From: Actinomycetota bacterium
Lineage (GTDB): Bacteria; Actinomycetota; Acidimicrobiia; Acidimicrobiales; JAMDDE01
Direction of reading: 5' to 3'
Assembly: GCA_023489235.1 (NCBI GenBank)
Contig: JAMDDE010000015.1
Location: forward strand, 10,226 to 74,225
Length of the DNA: 64,000 bases
Each line of letters opens with the position of its first letter. Within the stretch, counting starts at the first letter, position 1. Of this stretch, positions 48,115-57,824 are shown piece by piece. Position numbers and translations under genes: made by a program. Under the pieces are notes generated by a model. That model made no database searches. It was not told the origin of the DNA and was given only the letters and a program-made list of their open reading frames with translations.

Positions 48115-49569
48115 TCACGCTGTTGCATCTTGATCCACGTTCACCGGTACCGGCTCGGGCTCCAGTTCAATGGCTTCGTCCTCTGGGTATGGCGAGACAG
48201 GGTAGGTTTCATAACCTCCCTCATCGGATCGTACTATGACATTAGGCATTCTCCTTGGCCTCGCCTCTCTAGGCTGTGCTGTTCCTGCCAGCTCGTGGCA
48301 GATACGGTTTGTAATCACGCCAACGACTATAGGGACTATCACTACTAAGAACCTAAAAGACCATAGGACAGTATTCAAAGTAATATGAAAGAAATTGGCA
48401 ATTACGTCCGTAGAGGATGCCCCGAAAAGAACTACATAGAATGCCAACACGGCAGCTCCGAATGATGTCCGAAGAGGTCTGTCACGTGGTCTGTCCAGTA
48501 GATGGTGAGGGGCGTGATCACCAGTGAAACGCTCTTCGATGAATGGCCAAGCAAAGAAGAAAAGAGTGGTTACAAGAGGCAAAACTACTCCCGGTAAGAA
48601 CACCTCAAAGGGGATAGTATGTCCAAACCCTGCAAACTCCCAGCTAGGCATGATGCGTAAAGCTCCATCCAACCATCCCATATACCAGTCTGGCTGTACG
48701 GCATAACTGACCTTGTAAGGCAGATAAGGCCCAAATTGCCAAATTGGGTTGATCTGTATCAAGCCTCCCAAGGCAAACAAAACTCCGAATACGATAAGTT
48801 GAAAGCCAGTGGTCTTAGCAGCAAAGTTAGGCCATAGAGGTGAGCCCACCACGTTGTCCTCACTGCGTCCTGGTCCAGGGAACTGCGTATGCTTGTGCCG
48901 AATCAACAAACCCATGTGAGCACCGATCAAAACAGCAATAATTGCTGGAAGGATAAGAACGTGAAGGATGAAGAAACGAGGGATAATGGCAGTCCCGGGA
49001 TAGTTGCCCCCGAACAAGAAGAACGCAAGATAGGAGCCGACCAAGGGTATCGACTCAGTTATGGAAAAGGCAATGCGTATTCCTGTACCTGATATGAGAT
49101 CGTCAGGGAGTGAGTAACCAATGAAACCGTTAACGATAGCCAACATCAACAAGGTGACGCCAATGATCCAGTTGAGCTCTCTCGGTTTGCGATAAGCGCC
49201 GGTGAAGAACACCCTGATCATATGCACAGCTATAGCAGCGACAAATACATCCGCTGCCCAATGGTGAGTTTGCCTCATCAATAAGCCAACTCGTACTCCA
49301 AAGCTGATGTGCAACGTAGAAGCATACGCTTCCGACATGCGCTTACCAACTAAAGGAAGGTATCTTCCGTGATAAATGACCTCTTTGGTAGAGGGTACAT
49401 AGTACAGGGTCAAGAACACCCCGGTTAGCACCAGAACAACAAAGGAATAGAGCGCTATCTCTCCCAACATGAACGACCAATGATCAGGGAATATCTTGTC
49501 CAAAAATTTCTTTCCGGACTTGCTCACTCCTAAGCGTTCGTCCAACCAACCAAGAGCTTGATCTATCAT
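48115..49569 (-). CDS. qcrB: Cytochrome bc1 complex cytochrome b subunit
   Basis: 484-aa ORF with multiple transmembrane helices and heme-ligand His in QTHHWAADVF and ILHVLILP. ATGA overlap with qcrA. Confidence 0.93.
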   Translation of the reverse strand: MIDQALGWLDERLGVSKSGKKFLDKIFPDHWSFMLGEIALYSFVVLVLTGVFLTLYYVPSTKEVIYHGRYLPLVGKRMSEAYASTLHISFGVRVGLLMRQTHHWAADVFVAAIAVHMIRVFFTGAYRKPRELNWIIGVTLLMLAIVNGFIGYSLPDDLISGTGIRIAFSITESIPLVGSYLAFFLFGGNYPGTAIIPRFFILHVLILPAIIAVLIGAHMGLLIRHKHTQFPGPGRSEDNVVGSPLWPNFAAKTTGFQLIVFGVLFALGGLIQINPIWQFGPYLPYKVSYAVQPDWYMGWLDGALRIMPSWEFAGFGHTIPFEVFLPGVVLPLVTTLFFFAWPFIEERFTGDHAPHHLLDRPRDRPLRTSFGAAVLAFYVVLFGASSTDVIANFFHITLNTVLWSFRFLVVIVPIVVGVITNRICHELAGTAQPREARPRRMPNVIVRSDEGGYETYPVSPYPEDEAIELEPEPVPVNVDQDATA

Positions 49570-50555
49570 GACCTGCTCCAGAATCCAGGCCCTATGGGTA
49601 CCTCGTACCCACGTTGTGCCCTAAGAAATCCTTCTGAATCTATCATCAAGGGAAGTTGAGGCAGGGGACGAGGAGCTGGTCCGAATACAGGCTGAGCACC
49701 GTCCAACACATTGAACAGCGATTGGTGGCATGGACAGAGAAGTTGCTGAGTTTGCTCCTGATACAACCCCACGGGACATCCTGCATGTGTACAAACTTTG
49801 GAATAAGCGATGTACCCTTCAGGGGCCCAGCTCTCTCGTCCTGGCTTGGTAGTTATAGACACGTCTGCTGCACGAATCAAGACAGTCTGAGCAATTGCAG
49901 ATCCTGCATGGCCTTCCGGGAAAACTGTCAAGATACCTCCGACCTGGAGAGTATCTACCTTGACTGGCCTGCCATCGGCGGTAACCAATCTAGAGCCACG
50001 TTTCCAGGAAGTCTTGTCCAATATGTCTCCTGGAACGGGTCCAAGGGAACGAATGAATGGGAACGCAGCAACAATGGCGAAGACAGTGGCTGCCAGTCCC
50101 ATCAAGCCAGCTAAAAATCCACGCCGCTTTAGGACATACTTTCCCCTCCCGACAAGCGCCTCCTTGAACTCTTCTTGAGCTTGTGGCTCGCTGGCCAATG
50201 GATGGCGTTCCTCCACGAACGGCCCCCGTGGCATCAAATACTTACCCCAAGAAGAGAGGCCGAAGCCAAGGGACATCAGTCCTACACCAATAAATACTCC
50301 TTCCAACTGAGGTTGTCTCCCCCCGTGCCAGTAAAGAGCTCCAAAGGCAGCAAAGCCCAACAAACCGAGCACGAACAACCCAACAATGACTTTTTCCACT
50401 CTCTCTGGGTTCTTAGCAATAGGAGCCAAGCGGGGGTCTAAGGCAGAAGGACCGGAAGGAGCTGCCTCATCAACCTCTCCGCTATCATTCAACAAACTCT
50501 CTGTAGATGCGCCAGCAGATTCTCCTACATTATAGGACATGCTTTCTTCAGTCAT
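49566..50555 (-). CDS. qcrA: Cytochrome bc1 complex Rieske iron-sulfur subunit
   Basis: Rieske motifs CTHAGCPV and CPCHQSLF. I chose the start at MTEESMS (50555), which gives an ATGA overlap with the qcrC stop. The ORF is open to 50573. Confidence 0.92.
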   Translation of the reverse strand: MTEESMSYNVGESAGASTESLLNDSGEVDEAAPSGPSALDPRLAPIAKNPERVEKVIVGLFVLGLLGFAAFGALYWHGGRQPQLEGVFIGVGLMSLGFGLSSWGKYLMPRGPFVEERHPLASEPQAQEEFKEALVGRGKYVLKRRGFLAGLMGLAATVFAIVAAFPFIRSLGPVPGDILDKTSWKRGSRLVTADGRPVKVDTLQVGGILTVFPEGHAGSAIAQTVLIRAADVSITTKPGRESWAPEGYIAYSKVCTHAGCPVGLYQEQTQQLLCPCHQSLFNVLDGAQPVFGPAPRPLPQLPLMIDSEGFLRAQRGYEVPIGPGFWSRS

Positions 50556-51400
50556 GACCTCTCCCCAATCCAAAAAACCACCAGAATCAATCCAGCCAAA
50601 GCAAGCATGGCTACGAACCCTTCGGCAACGGGACCAACTCCTCCGAGCCCGATACCTCCACGATTATTAGGGTGTTGTATGGGGCCTCTGACATAGTCGA
50701 TGATGTCTTCCACCTGTTTACGACTCAAGGTATTCGGACCGAACCTAGGCATGTTTCCTGGACCAGTCCGTATAGCTTCATATATCTCCCTAGGAGTAGC
50801 GATGTGCAGGGAGGGGGCAAATACTCCGTTAGCTAGCATGTCGCCCGACCCGGTTACCGTATGGCACGCTGCACAGTTGAGCGTAAAGAGACTTTGCCCG
50901 TTGGCCAAGTTAGCCCCATGCAAATTTACCCTCGGGATACCTGGACCCCCCGGGCCCAAGGAGTGGACAAAGGCCACTATCTCCAAGATTTGTTTCTTGT
51001 TGAAGCGGGGAGGTTTCTCAACTGGCTGTACCGTAGGAGCAGATAAAGGCATCCTACCTGTAGAGAGCCAAAAATCTATGGTCGCCTCCCCGAGGCCAAC
51101 CAGGTTAGGTGCTCTAGAACTGCCTTCTGCAGTAGGCCCATGGCAACTTGCACAGCTTTCTTCAAATAGAATACGACCCTCTGGTATATAGGACTTTGGC
51201 AGGTGAATCACATTCGAGGCATGCTTCTTGGAGCTAGTCGACGATCCATCACCAGCATTGCTGAGAGCAGTGGAGTCTCGCGAGGAGAGTACGGCCGTAC
51301 TCGAAGCCAAGGTAGGTCCATGAGCATCCGATGACAGGGGACCTACAACTGCTACTATCGCCACTAGCGCTATAGGGATAAGCAGATGATAGGCCTTCAT
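50552..51400 (-). CDS. qcrC: Cytochrome bc1 complex diheme cytochrome c subunit
   Basis: Two CxxCH motifs (CASCH and CAACH). I chose the start at MKAYHLL (51400), which gives an ATGA overlap with the ctaE stop. The ORF is open to 51442. Confidence 0.92.
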   Translation of the reverse strand: MKAYHLLIPIALVAIVAVVGPLSSDAHGPTLASSTAVLSSRDSTALSNAGDGSSTSSKKHASNVIHLPKSYIPEGRILFEESCASCHGPTAEGSSRAPNLVGLGEATIDFWLSTGRMPLSAPTVQPVEKPPRFNKKQILEIVAFVHSLGPGGPGIPRVNLHGANLANGQSLFTLNCAACHTVTGSGDMLANGVFAPSLHIATPREIYEAIRTGPGNMPRFGPNTLSRKQVEDIIDYVRGPIQHPNNRGGIGLGGVGPVAEGFVAMLALAGLILVVFWIGERS

Positions 51401-52041
51401 CGCATACTCAGGAGGTACAGACAGGCGTACATGCCTACCCAAACTACGACTACGAAATACCAGTAGTAGCTAACCGACTGGATCACAGCAAGCTCGCCTG
51501 GATCGCCAGCAACCCCAGTCATCCTGAACAACAAGACTGCCATCACGAGTAGCCCTGCAATTATATGAATCCCATGCACGCCAGTCATGATGAAGAAGAG
51601 CGAGCCGTATGCATTGGTGGAAGGTTTGAATGCAACAGAAGTCCAAGTATAGGCTTGATCAGCTAGGAAAGCTGACCCTAGAGCCAAGGTGAGAAGTGTA
51701 CCGCGACGCATGATCAAACGACTTCCGTGTTCCTCGCCCCAAGTGGCATAACGCATAGTGAATAAAGAGGCCACGAGTACCAGGGTGAACACAGTTGGTT
51801 CTAGCAGGTGCACTTTGATACCAGGTGGAGGCCAAGTTGGTGCATGGGCACGTAGGGTGAAAAAAGCAGCGAATATTCCGGAGAAGAACATGAACTCCGA
51901 ACCTAGCCAAATGATCACCCCTACCCCAAGCAGTGATGGACGCCTGCTTTGAATTGGCGGATGCTTAGTAGTCTGGTCGGCAGCAAGAGCGTGGCTCACA
52001 ATGATCTTTATTACCTCACTTGCCGGGCGAACGCCACTCAT
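51397..52041 (-). CDS. ctaE: Cytochrome c oxidase subunit III
   Basis: 214-aa ORF with five hydrophobic helices, WLGSEFMFFSGIFAAFF and HGIHIIAG motifs. Its position ahead of qcrCAB matches the usual actinobacterial arrangement. Confidence 0.9.
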   Translation of the reverse strand: MSGVRPASEVIKIIVSHALAADQTTKHPPIQSRRPSLLGVGVIIWLGSEFMFFSGIFAAFFTLRAHAPTWPPPGIKVHLLEPTVFTLVLVASLFTMRYATWGEEHGSRLIMRRGTLLTLALGSAFLADQAYTWTSVAFKPSTNAYGSLFFIMTGVHGIHIIAGLLVMAVLLFRMTGVAGDPGELAVIQSVSYYWYFVVVVWVGMYACLYLLSMR

Positions 52042-52149
52042 AGCTCTGAGTGCACCTAAAACAGCAGTTCAACCTCTAATTATCTTCAAGAAGAGAATGG
52101 CCATGAAGATTGAATCCAACTGCTCATGGTGAAAAGCTAAGTTCGTTAC

Positions 52150-53286
52150 ATGGCAGCAGATCTCTCCGGCTCAGCCTTTCTCAACGCATGCCGCGGGAAA
52201 GAGACCTCGTACACACCCGTCTGGTTCATGCGCCAAGCCGGACGTTCGCTTCCTGAGTATCGTCAAGCTAGAGGGGATGTCGACATTCTTGCATCTATTA
52301 CCAACTCTGATCTCGCTACAGAGATAACCTTGCAGCCTATTCAACGTTATGGGGTGGATGCCGCCATCCTTTTCTCTGACATCATGGTCCCTTTGATGGC
52401 TATCGGCATTGACGTTCGTATAGCCCAGGGCAAGGGGCCTATCATAGACAGACCATTCCGTTCGAAAAGGGACTTGAGCCGATTAAGGAAACTAGAACCC
52501 GAAACAGACATGCCATACGTGCTGGAAACGGTGGGTAATCTCGCAGAAGTACTGCAAGTACCTCTCATTGGTTTCGCTGGAGGTCCCTTTACATTGGCTA
52601 GTTATTTAATTGAAGGAGGACCTTCCAGGACATTCGAACACACCCTTGCACTGATGAGAACAGAACCGCTCCTCTGGCACGACCTTCTAGAAAAACTAGC
52701 TGAGATAGCAGTAGCTTCTTTACAAAGCCAAGTTGCAAAAGGTGCCTCAGCGCTCCAGGTCTTCGATAGCTGGATAGGTGTCCTAACTCCTGATGCCTAC
52801 AGAAGGAATGTCCTGCCAGCAACCATACATCTCTTCTCGAACCTTGCCGAACTGGAGGTACCCCGTATCTACTTCGGAGTTGGGACAGGAGAGCTCCTCT
52901 CCCTTATGGCACTGGCCGAACCAGATGTCATGGGGATCGACTGGAGAGTGCCACTCTATAAAGCACGGGAACGTATAGGAAGATCCATAGCCTTGCAGGG
53001 AAATTTGGACCCCACTGCTTGCTTGGCTCCTTTTAATGTTGTAGTTGAAGAAGCCAGAAGAGTTCTACTACAGGCCCGTACCAGCTACCCTGGGTATATC
53101 TTCAATCTAGGACATGGAGTGCTGCCATCGACCAACCCGGACATACTGAAAAGGCTAGTCGAGTTCGTCCATGAAGAGACCACCGACCTCAGCTACAAAA
53201 TGGGTACGGGTATAGGCAAAGAGGGGCACCCGGGGAAAGAGAGGCACCCGGGGGATAGACCAACCACGCAGAGCAAGCGATCATAA
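52150..53286 (+). CDS. hemE: Uroporphyrinogen decarboxylase
   Basis: 378-aa ORF with the PVWFMRQAGRSLPEYR signature and GNLDP near the C-terminus. Confidence 0.95.
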   Translation: MAADLSGSAFLNACRGKETSYTPVWFMRQAGRSLPEYRQARGDVDILASITNSDLATEITLQPIQRYGVDAAILFSDIMVPLMAIGIDVRIAQGKGPIIDRPFRSKRDLSRLRKLEPETDMPYVLETVGNLAEVLQVPLIGFAGGPFTLASYLIEGGPSRTFEHTLALMRTEPLLWHDLLEKLAEIAVASLQSQVAKGASALQVFDSWIGVLTPDAYRRNVLPATIHLFSNLAELEVPRIYFGVGTGELLSLMALAEPDVMGIDWRVPLYKARERIGRSIALQGNLDPTACLAPFNVVVEEARRVLLQARTSYPGYIFNLGHGVLPSTNPDILKRLVEFVHEETTDLSYKMGTGIGKEGHPGKERHPGDRPTTQSKRS

Positions 53287-53288
53287 CC

Positions 53289-54368
53289 GTGAGAAGTAAC
53301 GTGTCTGAAAGTAACAAAAATAGTATCGGGGTGCTGATAATGGCCCACGGCACACCGGAGAGCACCGGTGATATCGAGCGCTTTTATACACACATTCGTA
53401 AGGGACGCAAACCAAGTCAAACTGAGCTTGACGAGTTGACCTCTCGTTACAACGCTATAGGAGGACTATCCCCCTTGAAGCAGCTGACTTGGGATCAAGT
53501 CGAGGGAGTGCAGAGAGCCCTGGACAAGATACGACCAGCTACGTACAGGACCTTTCTCGCTACCAAGCATTCCTATCCAACCTTTGCGGATGCTGTTTCA
53601 GCAATAAGCAGAGATGATCTGGACGGGATAGTGGGATTGGTACTTGCTCCTCATTACTCTATGCTGAGCGTAGAGGAGTATTACACAGAGGCAAAAAAGG
53701 CTCTTGAAGAAGAAGGTGTATCTCTACCATTCCTCATGATCCCCTCATGGCATATGAACGGTGGATTCTTGGAGGCTCTAGCTCAACGCTTGCGCAAAGC
53801 GTACTCAATGGCACTTGCCAAGGGATCGGATAGCTCACCCATAGTCATCTTCACTGCCCATAGCCTTCCAGTTGATCTATTGAGTGACGATGATCCTTAT
53901 CCATCCCAGGTAAATGAGACTGCTAGCTGGTTGGCAAATGAACTCGCCATAGAGAACTGGTACCTAGCTTGGCAAAGTGCAGGCAAGGCGGGTACATTCA
54001 ACTGGCTCAAGCCAACCTTGGAAGAGGTCCTCGAACATATCGCCGATCAAAGGGTCAGTTCAGTGGTGATCTGTCCTATCGGCTTCGTAGCCGACCACTT
54101 GGAGATACTCTATGACATTGACATAGTAGCAACTAACCTTGCCGAGCGCAGTGGCATACACCTGCTACGAACCGATTCATTGAATGCTGATCCGACTTTC
54201 ACTTATGCACTAGCCACCATGGTAGACGACATTGTTTCGCAATCCTTCAAAGGGATAGGGCGCCAGCGGTTGTTAGAGTATCCAGAGCCTTCGCAGTCAT
54301 CCTCCCTGTCACCACCCATCAATACGCCATGGTGGTCTGGGAAAGTTCCTAAGGAACGTGAACAATGA
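53289..54368 (+). CDS. hemH: Ferrochelatase (coproporphyrin ferrochelatase type)
   Basis: 359-aa ORF with GVLIMAHGTPES, LAPHYS and ICPIGFVADHLEILYDID motifs. Confidence 0.92.
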   Translation: MRSNVSESNKNSIGVLIMAHGTPESTGDIERFYTHIRKGRKPSQTELDELTSRYNAIGGLSPLKQLTWDQVEGVQRALDKIRPATYRTFLATKHSYPTFADAVSAISRDDLDGIVGLVLAPHYSMLSVEEYYTEAKKALEEEGVSLPFLMIPSWHMNGGFLEALAQRLRKAYSMALAKGSDSSPIVIFTAHSLPVDLLSDDDPYPSQVNETASWLANELAIENWYLAWQSAGKAGTFNWLKPTLEEVLEHIADQRVSSVVICPIGFVADHLEILYDIDIVATNLAERSGIHLLRTDSLNADPTFTYALATMVDDIVSQSFKGIGRQRLLEYPEPSQSSSLSPPINTPWWSGKVPKEREQ

Positions 54369-56065
54369 AGCAGTGGACAGTTGCAATAGTGGGGGGAGGC
54401 ATTACCGGGTTGGCTACCGCCTGGGCTCTGCTTCAAGCAAGCCAGGATCATCCAAGTACCGACAGCTCTTTTTCTGCTACCCCAGGAACCAATGAAATAG
54501 CCCCTGGAAAGCTCAAAGTGATCATCTTGGAAGCTGATCGCTTCGTAGGAGGTAAGCTCAAGAGCCTCCAGATTGGCGGTCAGAAAGTAGACGCAGGGCC
54601 AGATTCTTTCTTGGCTACCAGACCAGAGGGAGTAGAACTTTGTCGGCAAGTAGGACTCTCCGAGGATTTACTTCCTCCAACAGCCAGCAAAGCTTACATA
54701 TGGACTAGAGGTGCTCTACGACCTATCCCGCCAGGGCTTTTTCTTGGCCTTCCCTCTCATCTGGGTCCTCTGGCTCGCTCTGGCATCCTCGATCCAATAA
54801 CATTACTACGTGCCTCCCTTGATCTGGTTCTTCCTCGCAGTTGGGGAACCCCTCGCAGTTGGGGAACGAGCAGAGGATTAGCCTCCATGGAGAGTCCCTT
54901 GCTTGTATCACAACAGACCGAGCAAAGCAGCAACCTCGAGAAGGAAAGTTTCGACCGTTCTATCGGCGAGATAGTCTCCAGTCGCCTAGGCAAGGGGGTA
55001 GCCAACAATCTCGTAGAACCTCTGGTGGGCGGAATCCATGCTGGTCGCATAGCTAACATGAGCTCCGCTGCCATACTTCCACAGCTTCTTCGAGTTGCCT
55101 CTGAGAACAGAAGTTTGATACTAGGATCTCGCAGCTTGTCCAAGGGTCGAACAAGTAGGAAATCACTCGACTTCAAGGGGATAGCTGTAAAAATTCTCCA
55201 AGCAGATCGGGGAAAAAGATTGCAGAGTACCAATCAACAATCGCCTAAACAACCCATGTTCTACGGGCTCATCGATACGTTGGAGTCCCTGGGACAACGC
55301 CTTGCCCTGGAACTCACTTCATCAGGGTACGAGCTGCGTACCTCTACACCGGTACTTGCTATAGAACAGCACCAAGATGGATGGTGGCTTCGTTGTCCCC
55401 ATGATTCTATCCATGCCGATGCAGTTGTGCTTACTACCCCCGCGTGGGTAACTGGTGATCTCCTGAAACAGCTAGCCCCCAATGCCGCTGATATTTTACA
55501 AAACATAAAATATTCTTCTATTTCTTTGGTCACATTCGATCTTGGAGAACAACGACTACCGAGCAGATTGGACAACTCCAGCGGCTTCCTGGTGCCTTCT
55601 TCACCTAAGAATCTCCTTACAGCTTGCTCATTCCTCTCCAATAAATGGAAACATCTATCTAGTAACTCTCACACCTTGATACGTGCCTCAGCTGGTAGAT
55701 TTGGAGATGATCGCTGCATGCAACTAGACGAAGGCGAACTGATCAACACCTTAGCCAAGGAGATAAGCGAGGCGATTCACCTACCTATAGATCCCCAAGA
55801 TGCCGTGGTGACGAGATGGCCTAATGCTTTCCCTCAATACGAAGTTGGGCACCTGGAAAGAGTACGACAAGTAAATGAGGAGGTGGAACAACTAGGCGGT
55901 CTGGCTGTAGCAGGTGCAGCATTTGGAGGGGTTGGGATACCTGCATGCATAGCACAGGGACGCAGAGCAGCAGATCGTATCTTGAATCAGCTGGTTGCAA
56001 GGAATAATCAGTCACCTGGCTCAAGCAAAGGACAATTGAAAAGGTTGCTATCAAGTGAAAGCTGA
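54365..56065 (+). CDS. hemY: Protoporphyrinogen/coproporphyrinogen III oxidase (HemY/CgoX type) with insertions
   Basis: 566-aa ORF with an N-terminal VAIVGGGITGLATAW motif and a C-terminal GLAVAGAAFGGVGIPACI motif. ATGA overlap with hemH. Confidence 0.88.
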   Translation: MKQWTVAIVGGGITGLATAWALLQASQDHPSTDSSFSATPGTNEIAPGKLKVIILEADRFVGGKLKSLQIGGQKVDAGPDSFLATRPEGVELCRQVGLSEDLLPPTASKAYIWTRGALRPIPPGLFLGLPSHLGPLARSGILDPITLLRASLDLVLPRSWGTPRSWGTSRGLASMESPLLVSQQTEQSSNLEKESFDRSIGEIVSSRLGKGVANNLVEPLVGGIHAGRIANMSSAAILPQLLRVASENRSLILGSRSLSKGRTSRKSLDFKGIAVKILQADRGKRLQSTNQQSPKQPMFYGLIDTLESLGQRLALELTSSGYELRTSTPVLAIEQHQDGWWLRCPHDSIHADAVVLTTPAWVTGDLLKQLAPNAADILQNIKYSSISLVTFDLGEQRLPSRLDNSSGFLVPSSPKNLLTACSFLSNKWKHLSSNSHTLIRASAGRFGDDRCMQLDEGELINTLAKEISEAIHLPIDPQDAVVTRWPNAFPQYEVGHLERVRQVNEEVEQLGGLAVAGAAFGGVGIPACIAQGRRAADRILNQLVARNNQSPGSSKGQLKRLLSSES

Positions 56066-57824
56066 TAGCGCAGGCACCAAGCTTCCCCATTCATCTATCG
56101 AGCCTGCTCAACCATCGAGTGCCCACACTGCTCCGGAGCTGCTCAAAGAGGGGGAGGCTGGTAGGCAGAGCTCCAAGAACGAGGTATGGTTTACCAGGGT
56201 AACCAAGAAATTGATCCATCTGCGAGGAATGGTGTTCCTCCTATCGTTCGCAGGTGGTGTCGGTCTAGCAATGACGCTTCCACCTTGGGGCTTCTATGGA
56301 CTAGCACCATTCGCTAGTGGGCTCCTCTATGCATGTACTCGTGGACTCTCCGCCAAAGGACGAATTCTGGCTGGATGGCTCTGTGGACTAGGACTGTTTA
56401 TTCCTGGACTGGCTTGGGCTACTTCCTTCAATACTGCAGGTGGAGTAGTACTCATTGCCTTTGAGGCTTGTTTCATGAGCCTAGCCTTTCTGATAGTTCC
56501 TCCTGTGAGGGGAAGGCCTTTCGCCTTTCCTGCTGCACTAGCCATCACTGAATGGGCCCGTCAGAGTTGGCCATTTGGGGGTCTTCCCATCGGCAGTATC
56601 GCTCTTGGGCAAGCCTCCAGCCCTCTTGGCCAAACTGCTCGTCTAGGAGGACCTCTTCTAATTGTCGCCTTAGTAGGTGTAGCTGGAGTATTCGTAGATG
56701 CAATAGCCAGGGCCAGCATCATTGCCTGGCAAGATCACCGTAGTAGACAGATGAACCAAACAAGCACATTGCCAGAGGAAGAGGTGCACAACGAAAAACA
56801 AACGATGCCCTGCTCACGAAAGAATGCCAAGGGCCACTTCCTTACTGTTGCCGCACTTTCCGCAGTGGTGGTAGTTGGACTAGACGTCGTCGCTACTCTA
56901 GCACCAGCTGGTGGACCTCCTATTCATCGTATTCGAGTAGCAGCGGTACAAGGAGGAGGCAAGCGTGGCCTTCACAAGTTTCAAGTACCAGTATCCCAGG
57001 TATTCGATGCCCAGGTCATTCCTACGGAAAAATTAATTCCTTTATCACGAAGACAACCAATACAGCTAGTACTCTGGCCTGAAGATGTCATCTCGCTATC
57101 TACTCCACTAGTAGGGTCACCTCAAGCCCGTATCGTCTCCGATATCGCCAGAGCAATGCACACCACTTTAGTAGCTGGCGTCACTTATCCTGTAGGGACC
57201 TCTCATTTTCGTAATGAAGCAGTGGCTTGGGGCCCTTCTGGAAGGATCGTGGCTCACTACGAGAAAGTCCACCGAGTTCCCTTTGGAGAGTACGTGCCGT
57301 ATCGTTCCTTCTTCAAGCACTTCGCTAACTTGTCCCTCGTTCCTCTGAACGCTATACCTGGGCATAAGTCTGGGTTACTAAGAACACCAGCTGGTCCTCT
57401 TGCCACAACCATTTCCTATGAAGTATTCTTCGCTGATAGAGGTCGTTCTGCTGTACGAGCAGGGGGAGAACTGCTCATAGTTCCCACCAACACCTCCTCC
57501 TATTCAACAGGCCAGGTACCTAGTCAAGAAATTGCAGCCTCCGAATTGCAAGCCATAGAGGAAGGTCGCAATCTTGTCCAAGCCGCTCCGACAGGCTACA
57601 GCGCCTTCATCAACAACAGAGGTGTATTGCAAAAACGCACTTCATTAGGGGTTCGTCAAGTGTTGATCTCCACAGTGCCTTTACGGGACGGCAACACCCT
57701 CTATGAACTGACCGGCAACTTGCTTGTCAATCTGCTCTCGATTCTTGCACTGTTAGCAGCTTGGTTATTCACCTGGGATATCTTCAAGAGATTGGGGTGG
57801 ACACCTCCGCATCCTCAAAAGTAG
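56055..57824 (+). CDS. lnt: Apolipoprotein N-acyltransferase
   Basis: 589-aa ORF with an N-terminal multi-helix membrane region, followed by a CN-hydrolase domain (LVLWPE, YEKVHRVPFGEYVP, ISYEVFF). Confidence 0.88.
   Translation: MKADSAGTKLPHSSIEPAQPSSAHTAPELLKEGEAGRQSSKNEVWFTRVTKKLIHLRGMVFLLSFAGGVGLAMTLPPWGFYGLAPFASGLLYACTRGLSAKGRILAGWLCGLGLFIPGLAWATSFNTAGGVVLIAFEACFMSLAFLIVPPVRGRPFAFPAALAITEWARQSWPFGGLPIGSIALGQASSPLGQTARLGGPLLIVALVGVAGVFVDAIARASIIAWQDHRSRQMNQTSTLPEEEVHNEKQTMPCSRKNAKGHFLTVAALSAVVVVGLDVVATLAPAGGPPIHRIRVAAVQGGGKRGLHKFQVPVSQVFDAQVIPTEKLIPLSRRQPIQLVLWPEDVISLSTPLVGSPQARIVSDIARAMHTTLVAGVTYPVGTSHFRNEAVAWGPSGRIVAHYEKVHRVPFGEYVPYRSFFKHFANLSLVPLNAIPGHKSGLLRTPAGPLATTISYEVFFADRGRSAVRAGGELLIVPTNTSSYSTGQVPSQEIAASELQAIEEGRNLVQAAPTGYSAFINNRGVLQKRTSLGVRQVLISTVPLRDGNTLYELTGNLLVNLLSILALLAAWLFTWDIFKRLGWTPPHPQK

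Noticed and set aside
57784-57824. 41-bp overlap of the convergent 3' ends of lnt and cobT.
   Set aside because: Such overlaps are common in compact genomes. The lnt C-terminus may also be mis-extended. I do not see it as a system in itself.
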